Source: Candidatus Bathyarchaeota archaeon
Lineage (GTDB): Archaea; Thermoproteota; Bathyarchaeia; Bathyarchaeales; Bathycorpusculaceae
Direction of reading: 5' to 3'
DNA: 64,000 nucleotides
NCBI GenBank assembly: GCA_903901015.1
Contig: CAIUPH010000004.1
Location: 36,219-100,218 of the forward strand
Shown one piece after another: positions 56,653 through 64,000 of the stretch. Numbering within the stretch: position 1 is the first letter of the stretch; each line of letters begins with the position of its first letter. The notes below the pieces were generated by a model, which was not told the origin of the DNA, searched no databases, and was given only the letters and a program-made list of their open reading frames with translations. A program made the position numbers and the translations under genes.

Positions 56653-58320
56653 TTGGTGATAAAGATAGTACGCTCTATCGATGTTGCTCAGTCTAAGGCA
56701 AACAAACAGATGCACCCTTTAATCCATTCTTCACAAACCGCCATTCAAACCAAAAACTTCGCCGATGAAAGCAAAAAATTACTCGAAGAATTAGGGGTAA
56801 ACAGCCAACAGTTTAACATTTTATTCGACAGCCTTCCATACGGCGTCGCCGTTTACAAGATTGTTTGCAACCAAAAAGGCACTCCCATCGATTATATCCT
56901 CCTCGAAAGCAACAAAGTATACGATAATATTCACGAGTTTAAAGGTGACCGAATCGGACAGAGAGCAACTGAGTTTAACCCACAAATAAAGAATGCCCCA
57001 ACCGACTGGATAGCGGTCTACGGCAAAGTAGCCTCAACCTGCGTGCCCAAGCACTTTGAAACCTACTGTGAAACCGAAAACAAATGGTATCAAATCTACA
57101 TCTGCAGTCCGAAGAAGACCTTTTTTATCTCTATTTTCATGGACATAACCGAACAGAAAAAAAAGGTGGTACAGGAAGTTAAGGCAAAAAGGAAATCGGA
57201 ACAGGAGCTTTCGTTTGCAGAAAAAAAGTACCGCAGACTCTATGAAACAACACAGGATGGTATAATGGCGCGTGACCTGCAGGGAAGAATGATTGACTGC
57301 AACCTAGCCTACGCTAAAATGTTAGGCTACACAAAAAAAGAACTAAAAAATCTCACGGTCCATCATCTGCTCCCCGAAAAGTGGCATAGGCAAAGAGAAG
57401 AAATAGTTAACAAAGTCCTCCAAACTGGGCGCTCAATCGTTTTTGAAAGAGAATATCAGCGCAAGGACGGCTCGGTGTTTCCAGCATCAGTGAGAACTTG
57501 GCGGTTAACTGACGGAAAAGGAAAAGTAATCGGCATCTGGTCGATAGTGCGAGATATCACCGAACAGAAGACTTCTCAGAAAAATCTTGAAAATGCCGCC
57601 GATGTTCTAAAAAAAATTGTTGAGGAACGAACCAAGCAGCTTAAGGATTCCGAGCGTTTAGTGGCTATTGGTCAAACCGCGGGCATGGTGGGACATGACC
57701 TTCGCAACCCGCTGCAGACTATAACTGGCGAATTGTATTTGGTGAAGGGAGATGTGGAATCGCTTATTGAAGGAGAAATCAAAAGCAACCTGCAAGAGAG
57801 CATTAATGTGATCGAAGAGCAGGCGGCTTACATGGATAAGATTGTTTCTGATTTGCAAGCGTTTGTGCAGCCGGTTCGAATAGACAAAAAACCAATCAAC
57901 CTGAAAGAACTCGTTGCCGACGTTTTAGCCTTGGTCGCCACACCAACCAACATAAAGGTGCAGAGCCGAATTCAAGAGGATTTTCCCCAAGTAAAAGCCG
58001 ACCTTCATCTCCTCAAACGGGTTTTAATCAATCTTATAACCAATTCGGTGCAGGCTATGCCAGACGGCGGCAAACTAACTTTGACGGGTCACGTTAATCT
58101 AGATGGTCAAGTCTCGATTACCGTGAAGGATACGGGAGTTGGGATACCTGATGAGATTAAAAACCAGATTTTCACGCCCCTCTTCACAACTAAATCCCGT
58201 GGGCAAGGTTTCGGTTTAGCTGTCTGCAAGCGGGTTATAGAAGCGCATGGCGGCACCATAAACTTCGAGAGCACAGTGGGCAAGGGTACAGAATTCAAAA
58301 TCCAGTTTCCAGCCTCTTAA
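56653..58320 (+). CDS. PAS/PAC sensor histidine kinase
   Basis: Two PAS domains, VGHDLRNPL, NLITNSVQAM, DTGVGIP, FTTKSRGQGFGL. Confidence 0.93.
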   Translation: MVIKIVRSIDVAQSKANKQMHPLIHSSQTAIQTKNFADESKKLLEELGVNSQQFNILFDSLPYGVAVYKIVCNQKGTPIDYILLESNKVYDNIHEFKGDRIGQRATEFNPQIKNAPTDWIAVYGKVASTCVPKHFETYCETENKWYQIYICSPKKTFFISIFMDITEQKKKVVQEVKAKRKSEQELSFAEKKYRRLYETTQDGIMARDLQGRMIDCNLAYAKMLGYTKKELKNLTVHHLLPEKWHRQREEIVNKVLQTGRSIVFEREYQRKDGSVFPASVRTWRLTDGKGKVIGIWSIVRDITEQKTSQKNLENAADVLKKIVEERTKQLKDSERLVAIGQTAGMVGHDLRNPLQTITGELYLVKGDVESLIEGEIKSNLQESINVIEEQAAYMDKIVSDLQAFVQPVRIDKKPINLKELVADVLALVATPTNIKVQSRIQEDFPQVKADLHLLKRVLINLITNSVQAMPDGGKLTLTGHVNLDGQVSITVKDTGVGIPDEIKNQIFTPLFTTKSRGQGFGLAVCKRVIEAHGGTINFESTVGKGTEFKIQFPAS

Positions 58321-58322
58321 GG

Positions 58323-58622
58323 CTATGACACTGGCTTGTTTTGTTTGGGGCTTCTGAGTTTCTGTTTAAGGCTGTAGACAAAAGCGATAAACCAGAAAGC
58401 CACCGTAAACCATCCTAAAATAAACCCGATGGTGTTTCCCAGCAGATGATAGGCTAACTCGAAGCCCACGATGGATACAAACGTCAAGAAAGACCCTACG
58501 ATGCTGTACCCGCGCAGCACATTCCGGTTTTTAATGATGGCTCGAAGCATCCACAAAAGTGCGATGAAGTTTATGGCGCTGGCGACGTCTAAGAGTAGGT
58601 TGGCTAAAGCCATCGTATCCAT
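58323..58622 (-). CDS. Small 3-TM membrane protein (PQ-loop/SemiSWEET-like size)
   Basis: Three hydrophobic helices in 99 aa. Confidence 0.6.
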   Translation of the reverse strand: MDTMALANLLLDVASAINFIALLWMLRAIIKNRNVLRGYSIVGSFLTFVSIVGFELAYHLLGNTIGFILGWFTVAFWFIAFVYSLKQKLRSPKQNKPVS

Positions 58623-58757
58623 TTTCAGGTTTCCTCATGCCAAAACAGTTTGCCGCCACTTAAAACTATCGCAGTCGCCAAGCTCTAAGATGTAAATTAC
58701 CTTAAATCCCCATTCAGCTATTGTATTTTGAAATGTGAAGCAACGGGTGAAAAAAAA

Positions 58758-58892
58758 TTGATTTCGCGAGATTGCGATTGATGCGAAAAACAGAAGTCCT
58801 GCATCACACGCTACAGCAAAGTTTTGAAGGGCGAAAAAGTTTATTGCCCCGACGGAACAGAACACTTGGTGGATAGAGCGAGCCCAGCCTAA
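58758..58892 (+). pseudogene. Small Cys-rich peptide gene with in-frame TGA inside CxxC
   Basis: GGTGA RBS then TTG: MISRDCD*CEKQKSCITRYSKVLKGEKVYCPDGTEHLVDRASPA*; TGA at 58779-58781. Confidence 0.55.
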
Positions 58893-59044
58893 CAGCCGGA
58901 AAAACAGTTTCTTAATTTTTTCAACTGCGTTATTTTTTTGGTTTTTTGTCTATTTAACATGTTTTTCTGGGATTCTGGCATGTTTTGGGGTAAAGTTAAA
59001 AAAGCATAAGCACAGAAGATAACACTAAGAGAGAGGGGAAATAT

Positions 59045-59722
59045 ATGAAATCACTAAAAACATTGTTTATCTTAACAATCCTCGTTGTTGCTTTCCTATG
59101 TACTGGTTTTGCTGCGGCTCTAAACCAAGATGAAGCCATAGTTCACGCGGTTTTTTCAAGCGGTATTTCAATGCAAGCAGGTCAAACAACAACAGTCACC
59201 CTGTTATTCGCCAGCCTCTCTAATGATTCACTTAGTATAACATACGTGGGTATACACTTCGACTGGATGCCCACCGATACCCTTCTCGGATTCAATCTAT
59301 CCACTTCACCCGTCTACCTTGCTCCAAATGGTGGTCAAGTCTTTCCAATAAATGTCAGTGTTCCATTGTCTACCTCTTCGGGTTCACACACTTACTTCGT
59401 TGAATTTGATGGAACACAAGGGTCTTCAGCAACCACATTTGCTTGGGACTCCGCTGCAGCCACAGAAGAAGTTTCTGGAGGATCCTCAACAACGGGTACT
59501 CCGACAAGTACTCCCTCCAGTGGAGGATCAGGAGATTCAACCTTGATTCTTTACGCAGCAGTTATAGTGGCAGTCGTCGTCATCGTTGCAGCGTTGATAA
59601 TGTTCCTGACTATGCGGAAAAAACGTACAAAGCCCCAGTCAACTCCAAAACAGAGCCCTAATTCGCCAGAGACGCCTGCTCCAGAAAAGAAACCTGAAAC
59701 CGGCCAAGACTTCAACATTTAA
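59045..59722 (+). CDS. Secreted Ig-like protein with C-terminal TM anchor
   Basis: Signal peptide, YVGIHFDWM, Ser/Thr/Gly linker, TM + RKKR tail. Confidence 0.75.
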   Translation: MKSLKTLFILTILVVAFLCTGFAAALNQDEAIVHAVFSSGISMQAGQTTTVTLLFASLSNDSLSITYVGIHFDWMPTDTLLGFNLSTSPVYLAPNGGQVFPINVSVPLSTSSGSHTYFVEFDGTQGSSATTFAWDSAAATEEVSGGSSTTGTPTSTPSSGGSGDSTLILYAAVIVAVVVIVAALIMFLTMRKKRTKPQSTPKQSPNSPETPAPEKKPETGQDFNI

Positions 59723-59819
59723 TTCTTTTTTCAAAATCGCCGGCGGTCTCATCTGTAAAGCCTTAAGTTGAAAAGCCTTATAGCCCATATGCAACATACT
59801 TAAATCATACAGTGAGACT

Positions 59820-60491
59820 TTGAGGGCAACCAACAGCAAAGCAGTCCTGACTGGACTTGTGGCAGCCATAATTGTAGCTATAGTTTTTCCTTTAGTTTGC
59901 TTAGGTACAATGGCTGAAAGTTCCACCACCTTTACGCCAGCAACCAAATTTAGCATTCCACAGCTTAATGGTTCAATCAGCTTTGCAGTCAACGGTTCAT
60001 GTTCATCGGCGACGCTGAAGAACGATACTTGGAGTTTTAGGGACCTGAGACTAATGAACTCTGTATCTTTGGGGACCCTTGAGGTTTCTGCTGAAAACTC
60101 CACCATGACTATCTATTCATACAGAGGCAACTCAATAAATGCTGGCGGAACTTTAAGATGCATGGTTCAAGGTCAAGGCAAACAAACAGTTAATCTTGGC
60201 CTCAACACTACGCAGCCAACTCACGCGAGCGAATGGTATATTACTATTCCAGGACCTGGTGGACATACAGTTTTTCTCGGTGAACATGAGGGCTGGATAC
60301 TTCTGCCAGACAATACTGTGGTTGTAACCGGCATAACGGGCAACATGTCAATAACCCATTATAGCTTCGCCGTTCCGAATAACAACAATTTGCCGTTTTA
60401 TCAGGCGCATTCTGTAATCATTGCAGTGATTGCTGTGTTAGCGGTCATGGTTGCAATCGCACTTGTTATTAGAGTTAAAGTGAGGATCTGA
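59820..60491 (+). CDS. Secreted/membrane-anchored hypothetical protein
   Basis: N- and C-terminal hydrophobic segments; stop 2 nt before the polyferredoxin ATG. Confidence 0.7.
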   Translation: MRATNSKAVLTGLVAAIIVAIVFPLVCLGTMAESSTTFTPATKFSIPQLNGSISFAVNGSCSSATLKNDTWSFRDLRLMNSVSLGTLEVSAENSTMTIYSYRGNSINAGGTLRCMVQGQGKQTVNLGLNTTQPTHASEWYITIPGPGGHTVFLGEHEGWILLPDNTVVVTGITGNMSITHYSFAVPNNNNLPFYQAHSVIIAVIAVLAVMVAIALVIRVKVRI

Positions 60492-60493
60492 AG

Positions 60494-61747
60494 ATGTCTT
60501 GGATAAACGACCCTGCAACCACAATCGTATTGGGGTACGTGCTGATAGTGGCGGCCGGCATAATCCTTATCCTTAAACTATCCAAAGACAAAACCCGAAA
60601 AATCAGCACACTTAGGCTTTTCATACAAGGAGCTGCCGTAGTTGGCGTATTCATGGGGCTAATAATAGGTCCTTTGAACAAGCCAGGAACATTATTTTAT
60701 CCCTTGGGTATTTCGCCGCGTGACCGTTTAGTCGGCGCTGGCTTTTTGGGCAATCAGTTCCCCGACGGTATCTCCCTGCCCATCTTAGCTTGCTACTACC
60801 CCAACGGGCGAACCGTAACCTGTGCAATTTGGCAGCTTCAAGCCTATATTTTTCCTTTCTGGAACTACCCTCGAGGCTACAACGTAATCTACTCCACTTC
60901 TGGGCTGGAAAAAATAGGCATAGTTTTGGGCTTGATAGTTACCGCCGCAATAATTTTAGGGAGGTCATTCTGCGGCTGGATTTGTCCTTTCGGTTTATAC
61001 CAAGACGCGCTGACAAGGGTGCGCAAATCTGCGCGGCTACGCCACCTGAGTTTCTCCCAAAAAACCAACACCGCGCTTGGGCAATCACGGTACATAATAA
61101 TCGCGGTCTTCATGATTCTAAGCGTTATTTTCGCCTCATACACCATCTTCGGTGCAGAACTCATCCCCGGAACCAAACTTGGCGGACCACAAGGAACGGA
61201 AGCTGGCATAGTCAGCAATATCAATGAGCCCTTCTGCTTAGTCTGCCCCATGCGACCCCTCTGCATCCTCATCGAAGTCGCTATTGGCCAAATGAACTGG
61301 CACTACATCTCCCAAATCGTGTATGGACCCGGATGGATAACAGGTTTCTACTTGACCTCGATAAACCTGATTATTCTCGGGGTAATCACGGCGTTGGCGC
61401 TGATTTACCGGCGGTTCTGGTGCCGAATCTGCCCCTTAGGCGGGTTAACTGCATTGTTCAGCAGTTTTACGCCATTCAAACAAATAGCACTGACAAAACT
61501 CCAGAAAGACGAGCATAAATGCACTAAATGCGGCGTCTGCAAACGCGTTTGTCCCACACAGGCCACAGCGATGTACGAGAAGAAAGGCGGCGACGTAACC
61601 GAATCACGGTGCATGCTGTGCGCACGATGCGTCGAAATCTGCCCCTATGAAGGCGCCTTGAAAATGACGTTTGCGGGGAAAACCGTGGTTACATCGAGGA
61701 ACTGGCTAAACGAGAACCAAGCGGGGAGTCAACAAAATGTGGATTAG
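60494..61747 (+). CDS. Membrane 4Fe-4S binding protein, paralogue of 1306..2934
   Basis: CGWICP, CRICP, CTKCGVCKRVCP, CMLCARCVEICP; shares CYYP.GRTVTCA.WQ.QAY with the first copy. Confidence 0.85.
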   Translation: MSWINDPATTIVLGYVLIVAAGIILILKLSKDKTRKISTLRLFIQGAAVVGVFMGLIIGPLNKPGTLFYPLGISPRDRLVGAGFLGNQFPDGISLPILACYYPNGRTVTCAIWQLQAYIFPFWNYPRGYNVIYSTSGLEKIGIVLGLIVTAAIILGRSFCGWICPFGLYQDALTRVRKSARLRHLSFSQKTNTALGQSRYIIIAVFMILSVIFASYTIFGAELIPGTKLGGPQGTEAGIVSNINEPFCLVCPMRPLCILIEVAIGQMNWHYISQIVYGPGWITGFYLTSINLIILGVITALALIYRRFWCRICPLGGLTALFSSFTPFKQIALTKLQKDEHKCTKCGVCKRVCPTQATAMYEKKGGDVTESRCMLCARCVEICPYEGALKMTFAGKTVVTSRNWLNENQAGSQQNVD

Positions 61748-61848
61748 ATTCGCTTAAAATACATGCATTGGTTGTCTCTGACTTCGGGCATGACTGCGCT
61801 GTTTTTTGATGTGCCGAACCGCTGGGTTTTTTGGTTTTGGGTTTGCAT
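61744..61848 (-). CDS. Possible small protein (34 aa)
   Basis: GAGGTGA RBS 8 nt before ATG; MQTQNQKTQRFGTSKNSAVMPEVRDNQCMYFKRI*. Confidence 0.4.
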   Translation of the reverse strand: MQTQNQKTQRFGTSKNSAVMPEVRDNQCMYFKRI

Positions 61849-62040
61849 AGAAAAATTCACCTCTCTTTAAAACTGGCTAAAACAACTATTATGTACTAAC
61901 TCGCGCGATTGCTCATAGAGTTAACGGTTGGCTGCTTGACTGGAAATGGCACGGTACCTTTTTCACAAATAAATCCTATTTATTTTTCTGAATAGGAATA
62001 TTTTTACGGTAGGATTAACTATCACTGATGAGGGAAAATC

Positions 62041-62268
62041 GTGGAAAACATCGTAAAAGTTACACGGCGGGGACAGACCACTATTCCGCTGAAAATCAGA
62101 GGTCAATGCGGAATCAAAGAAGGCGACCGTTTATCCGTAGAGGTCACCGAAAAAGGAATTCTCTTCAAGCCTGTGCCAAAACTTTTGGATATGATTGGTA
62201 TCGATGCTGGATACGCAACCATTGAGCAAGTCAACAAAATGATAGATAAACTCAGAGAAGAATACTAA
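62041..62268 (+). CDS. vapB: AbrB/MazE-type antitoxin (VapB)
   Basis: VKVTRRGQTTIPLKIRGQCGIKEGD swapped-hairpin motif. Confidence 0.9.
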   Translation: MENIVKVTRRGQTTIPLKIRGQCGIKEGDRLSVEVTEKGILFKPVPKLLDMIGIDAGYATIEQVNKMIDKLREEY

Positions 62269-62270
62269 CT

Positions 62271-62669
62271 TTGAAAGAAGTCTTGGACACCAGATTTTTA
62301 AGAGAATGTTTCTATTCTCAACAAGTTGAAACAAAAGAACGAACTAACAGGAAATTAAAGGCACTCATATCACGAAACGAAGGTCTACTGCCCACAATAG
62401 TCATGGCGGAAATAACCCAGATTTCTTGCGCGATAAGAGGAAAAGATATGGCGCAAAGCCGCTACCAAGCTCTTCTCCAAAGCGGCCTAGAAATCCAAAA
62501 CTTAACCCCGCCAATAGCCCAACAAGCAGGCCTATTCAAATGCCAATACAGCAATTTACCCATGGGCGACTGCATAATTGCTGCAACCGCGCTGTTTAAT
62601 CATGCACGAGTGCTTTCGGATGATCCGCATTTTGACGTTATAGCTGAAATCAAACGCGTCTGGATATAA
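62271..62669 (+). CDS. vapC: PIN-domain toxin (VapC)
   Basis: VLDTRFL, IVMAEI, PMGDCIIAATA, LSDDPHF. Confidence 0.9.
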   Translation: MKEVLDTRFLRECFYSQQVETKERTNRKLKALISRNEGLLPTIVMAEITQISCAIRGKDMAQSRYQALLQSGLEIQNLTPPIAQQAGLFKCQYSNLPMGDCIIAATALFNHARVLSDDPHFDVIAEIKRVWI

Positions 62670-62811
62670 TTACTTAAAATTACACTTTGCGGCTCACTGA
62701 TGCTTGGGCTCTTGAGTTGTGTGTTTTGTTTTTGTTTTGGGTTTTTTTGCGTTTTTTGTGTTAATAATTTTGAAACGGTTCTTTGAGTGTACTGGGTGTG
62801 TCTTGGAGTGG

Positions 62812-63186
62812 GTGAAATTGAGGGGTAAGCCGTGGTCGGTTGATGAGGAGCGGCAGTTGCGTTTGCTTGTTGAGGAAGGAAAGGGCTTTAGTGAGATTTC
62901 GCAGGTTATGGGTAAAAGCCGTGTCTCTGTTAAGAATAAAGTATACAATTTGGGTTTATCTTTGAAAGATAATGCCCAATTGCAGATTCCATTCGCAGTA
63001 TCATCATTATCATCATTATCTTCTAAAGCGCCGATTGCTGATTCATCTTCTGCTGTCGAATCTGCCGGCGTAAATGAGGCTGTCCTCGAAGTGGGTAACC
63101 GCTGTGCAGGAGCCTTAGAGGGCCGCTTTCAGATACCAAAAGAAGGAAATGATGTTGGGATCAAGAATCCAGAAGGAAGAAAATAA
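62812..63186 (+). CDS. HTH (Myb/GcrA-like) protein, probably truncated
   Basis: RGKPWSVDEERQLRLLVEEGK.FSEISQVMGKS...VKNKVYNLGL. Beyond about 63030 the frame overlaps a convergent pseudogene. Confidence 0.6.
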   Translation: MKLRGKPWSVDEERQLRLLVEEGKGFSEISQVMGKSRVSVKNKVYNLGLSLKDNAQLQIPFAVSSLSSLSSKAPIADSSSAVESAGVNEAVLEVGNRCAGALEGRFQIPKEGNDVGIKNPEGRK

Positions 63187-63460
63187 TGCTGCAGCAAATT
63201 CGCCGGCAATCACCAATCTTGCTGGCTGGATAGGTCGTCTGAGGCTTCGGATGAAAAATCCAAGGGCTCCAAAGGCAGCCTATTAAAGCAAAGTCTCCGA
63301 TTAGAATCTCAACACCAGTATAATACGGGTGGTCTATGACGTCGAGTACGTGTCAAGGGTAACTGGCCCAGGGCAAAAAGAGACCAGCCAAGCTTAGAAC
63401 AATTCCTGAGGCGGAAAACCAACTGAGAATCTTTGGAATGTTAACTTTTTTGGTTGACAT
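63030..63460 (-). pseudogene. Membrane-protein pseudogene (stop plus frameshift)
   Basis: MSTKKVNIPKILSWFSASGIVLSLAGLFLPWASYP*HVLDV... (TGA 63353-63355). Hydrophobic reading resumes in another frame (LGFFIRS...FWILDPN). 3' boundary approximate. Confidence 0.5.
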
Positions 63461-63606
63461 TCAAATCTGTTAGTTTTGTGTTTGGGTTTGTTCATAAAAT
63501 TTTCGCTTGAGAAATCCATTCGATTTCTCAATGAAGTCCCTCTGAACCTGATATGGAGAGACAAGTGGCGGTGAATCTCGTTGATTTATCCGTCAAAAAG
63601 CATGCA

Positions 63607-63755
63607 GGTGACATCTCCATTGGACGGAGGGTTCAAATCCCACCCCTTACGCGCTCGTAAATTAAACCAAAAGTTAAACGAAAACTTGAACAAACATTAA
63701 TTCAAGAAAAAAGGAGATTTTGTGGGTGACATCTCCACGGGAGGTAGTGTTCAAA
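63607..63755 (+). repeat. 31-bp imperfect direct repeat containing a tRNA 3'-end-like (att-like) sequence
   Basis: 63607-63637 vs 63725-63755 match at 26 of 31 nt. 63629-63645 GGGTTCAAATCCCACCC is identical to tRNA-Leu 17213-17229. Confidence 0.6.
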
Positions 63756-63764
63756 AGGAAGTTA

Positions 63765-63977
63765 TTAAATTAGAGATATTTTCTTAAAAATCTCGTTTGG
63801 TCTGATGGGTGTTAGGCAATATTGACAAATGATGATATTTCCAGCCTCTGGAATCTTAACTGCACTGTGGCAGTTAGGACATTCAAATTTCGTCATTGTT
63901 ATTCCCGTTTTTGTCATTACATCTCTCAAAGAAGAGAAATCAAGTATAATCTGAAAACTGTCTTCTTCCTTATTCAT
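63765..63977 (-). CDS. Small zinc-ribbon protein
   Basis: FECPNC...ICQYC; start uncertain. Confidence 0.55.
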   Translation of the reverse strand: MNKEEDSFQIILDFSSLRDVMTKTGITMTKFECPNCHSAVKIPEAGNIIICQYCLTPIRPNEIFKKISLI

Positions 63978-64000
63978 CTCTCTACTCAGATCTTTCTTTT

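Noticed and set aside
63001-63018. 9-bp tandem duplication TCATCATTA x2
   Set aside because: Too short; simple slippage in a decaying ORF.
23958-63355. Genome-wide TGA recoding (Trp/Gly) suggested by several in-frame TGAs
   Set aside because: TGA acts as a normal stop in intact genes (metX/metW ATGA overlap at 18013-18016, the ThiI-like gene at 21660, kdpA at 43977), and Trp is encoded by TGG elsewhere.
17213-63645. One 46-kb prophage/island bounded by tRNA-Leu and the 17-bp match
   Set aside because: The interval includes rps12/rps7 and a DRG GTPase and has no integrase, capsid or replication genes.
63300-63660. SRP RNA, RNase P RNA or tRNA-Sec in the right-end non-coding stretch
   Set aside because: No SRP helix-8 or RNase P conserved motifs, and no complete cloverleaf (mismatched T-stem, no acceptor partner).

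Overview
Archaeal chromosomal window. The markers are rpS30e, Elp3, GatD/GatE, an Sm-like protein, RIO2, archaeal uS12/uS7, GGTGA ribosome-binding sites and TTTAAA-type TATA boxes. Many C-terminally anchored surface proteins suggest a Bathyarchaeia-like lineage (inference). Intact core genes alternate with accessory blocks: an arsenic-resistance cluster, tRNA-Leu(CAG) followed by metY-metX-metW, a redox cluster, MgtA with an unusual C-terminal extension, an ABC exporter, a nitrogen island, kdpABC among four Lrp/AsnC genes, two paralogous membrane polyferredoxins, and a VapBC plus att-like remnant at the right end. The nitrogen island holds two amt genes, an APC permease and a glnA::asnB deletion scar, with no P-II gene. 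The most notable unexplained signals are three. (1) A dispersed non-coding repeat of about 50-100 bp, with an ORB-like GAAAC core and G-strings, occurs in six full or partial copies beside accessory blocks. (2) The P-II-less nitrogen island carries two unannotated small ORFs with good RBSs and a candidate operator palindrome. (3) kdpABC is bracketed by near-duplicate stand-alone Lrp RAM-domain genes. Several small proteins under 60 aa are missing from the ORF track, and several accessory genes carry nonsense or frameshift lesions. All calls come from reading the sequence and from motif recall; no searches were run.
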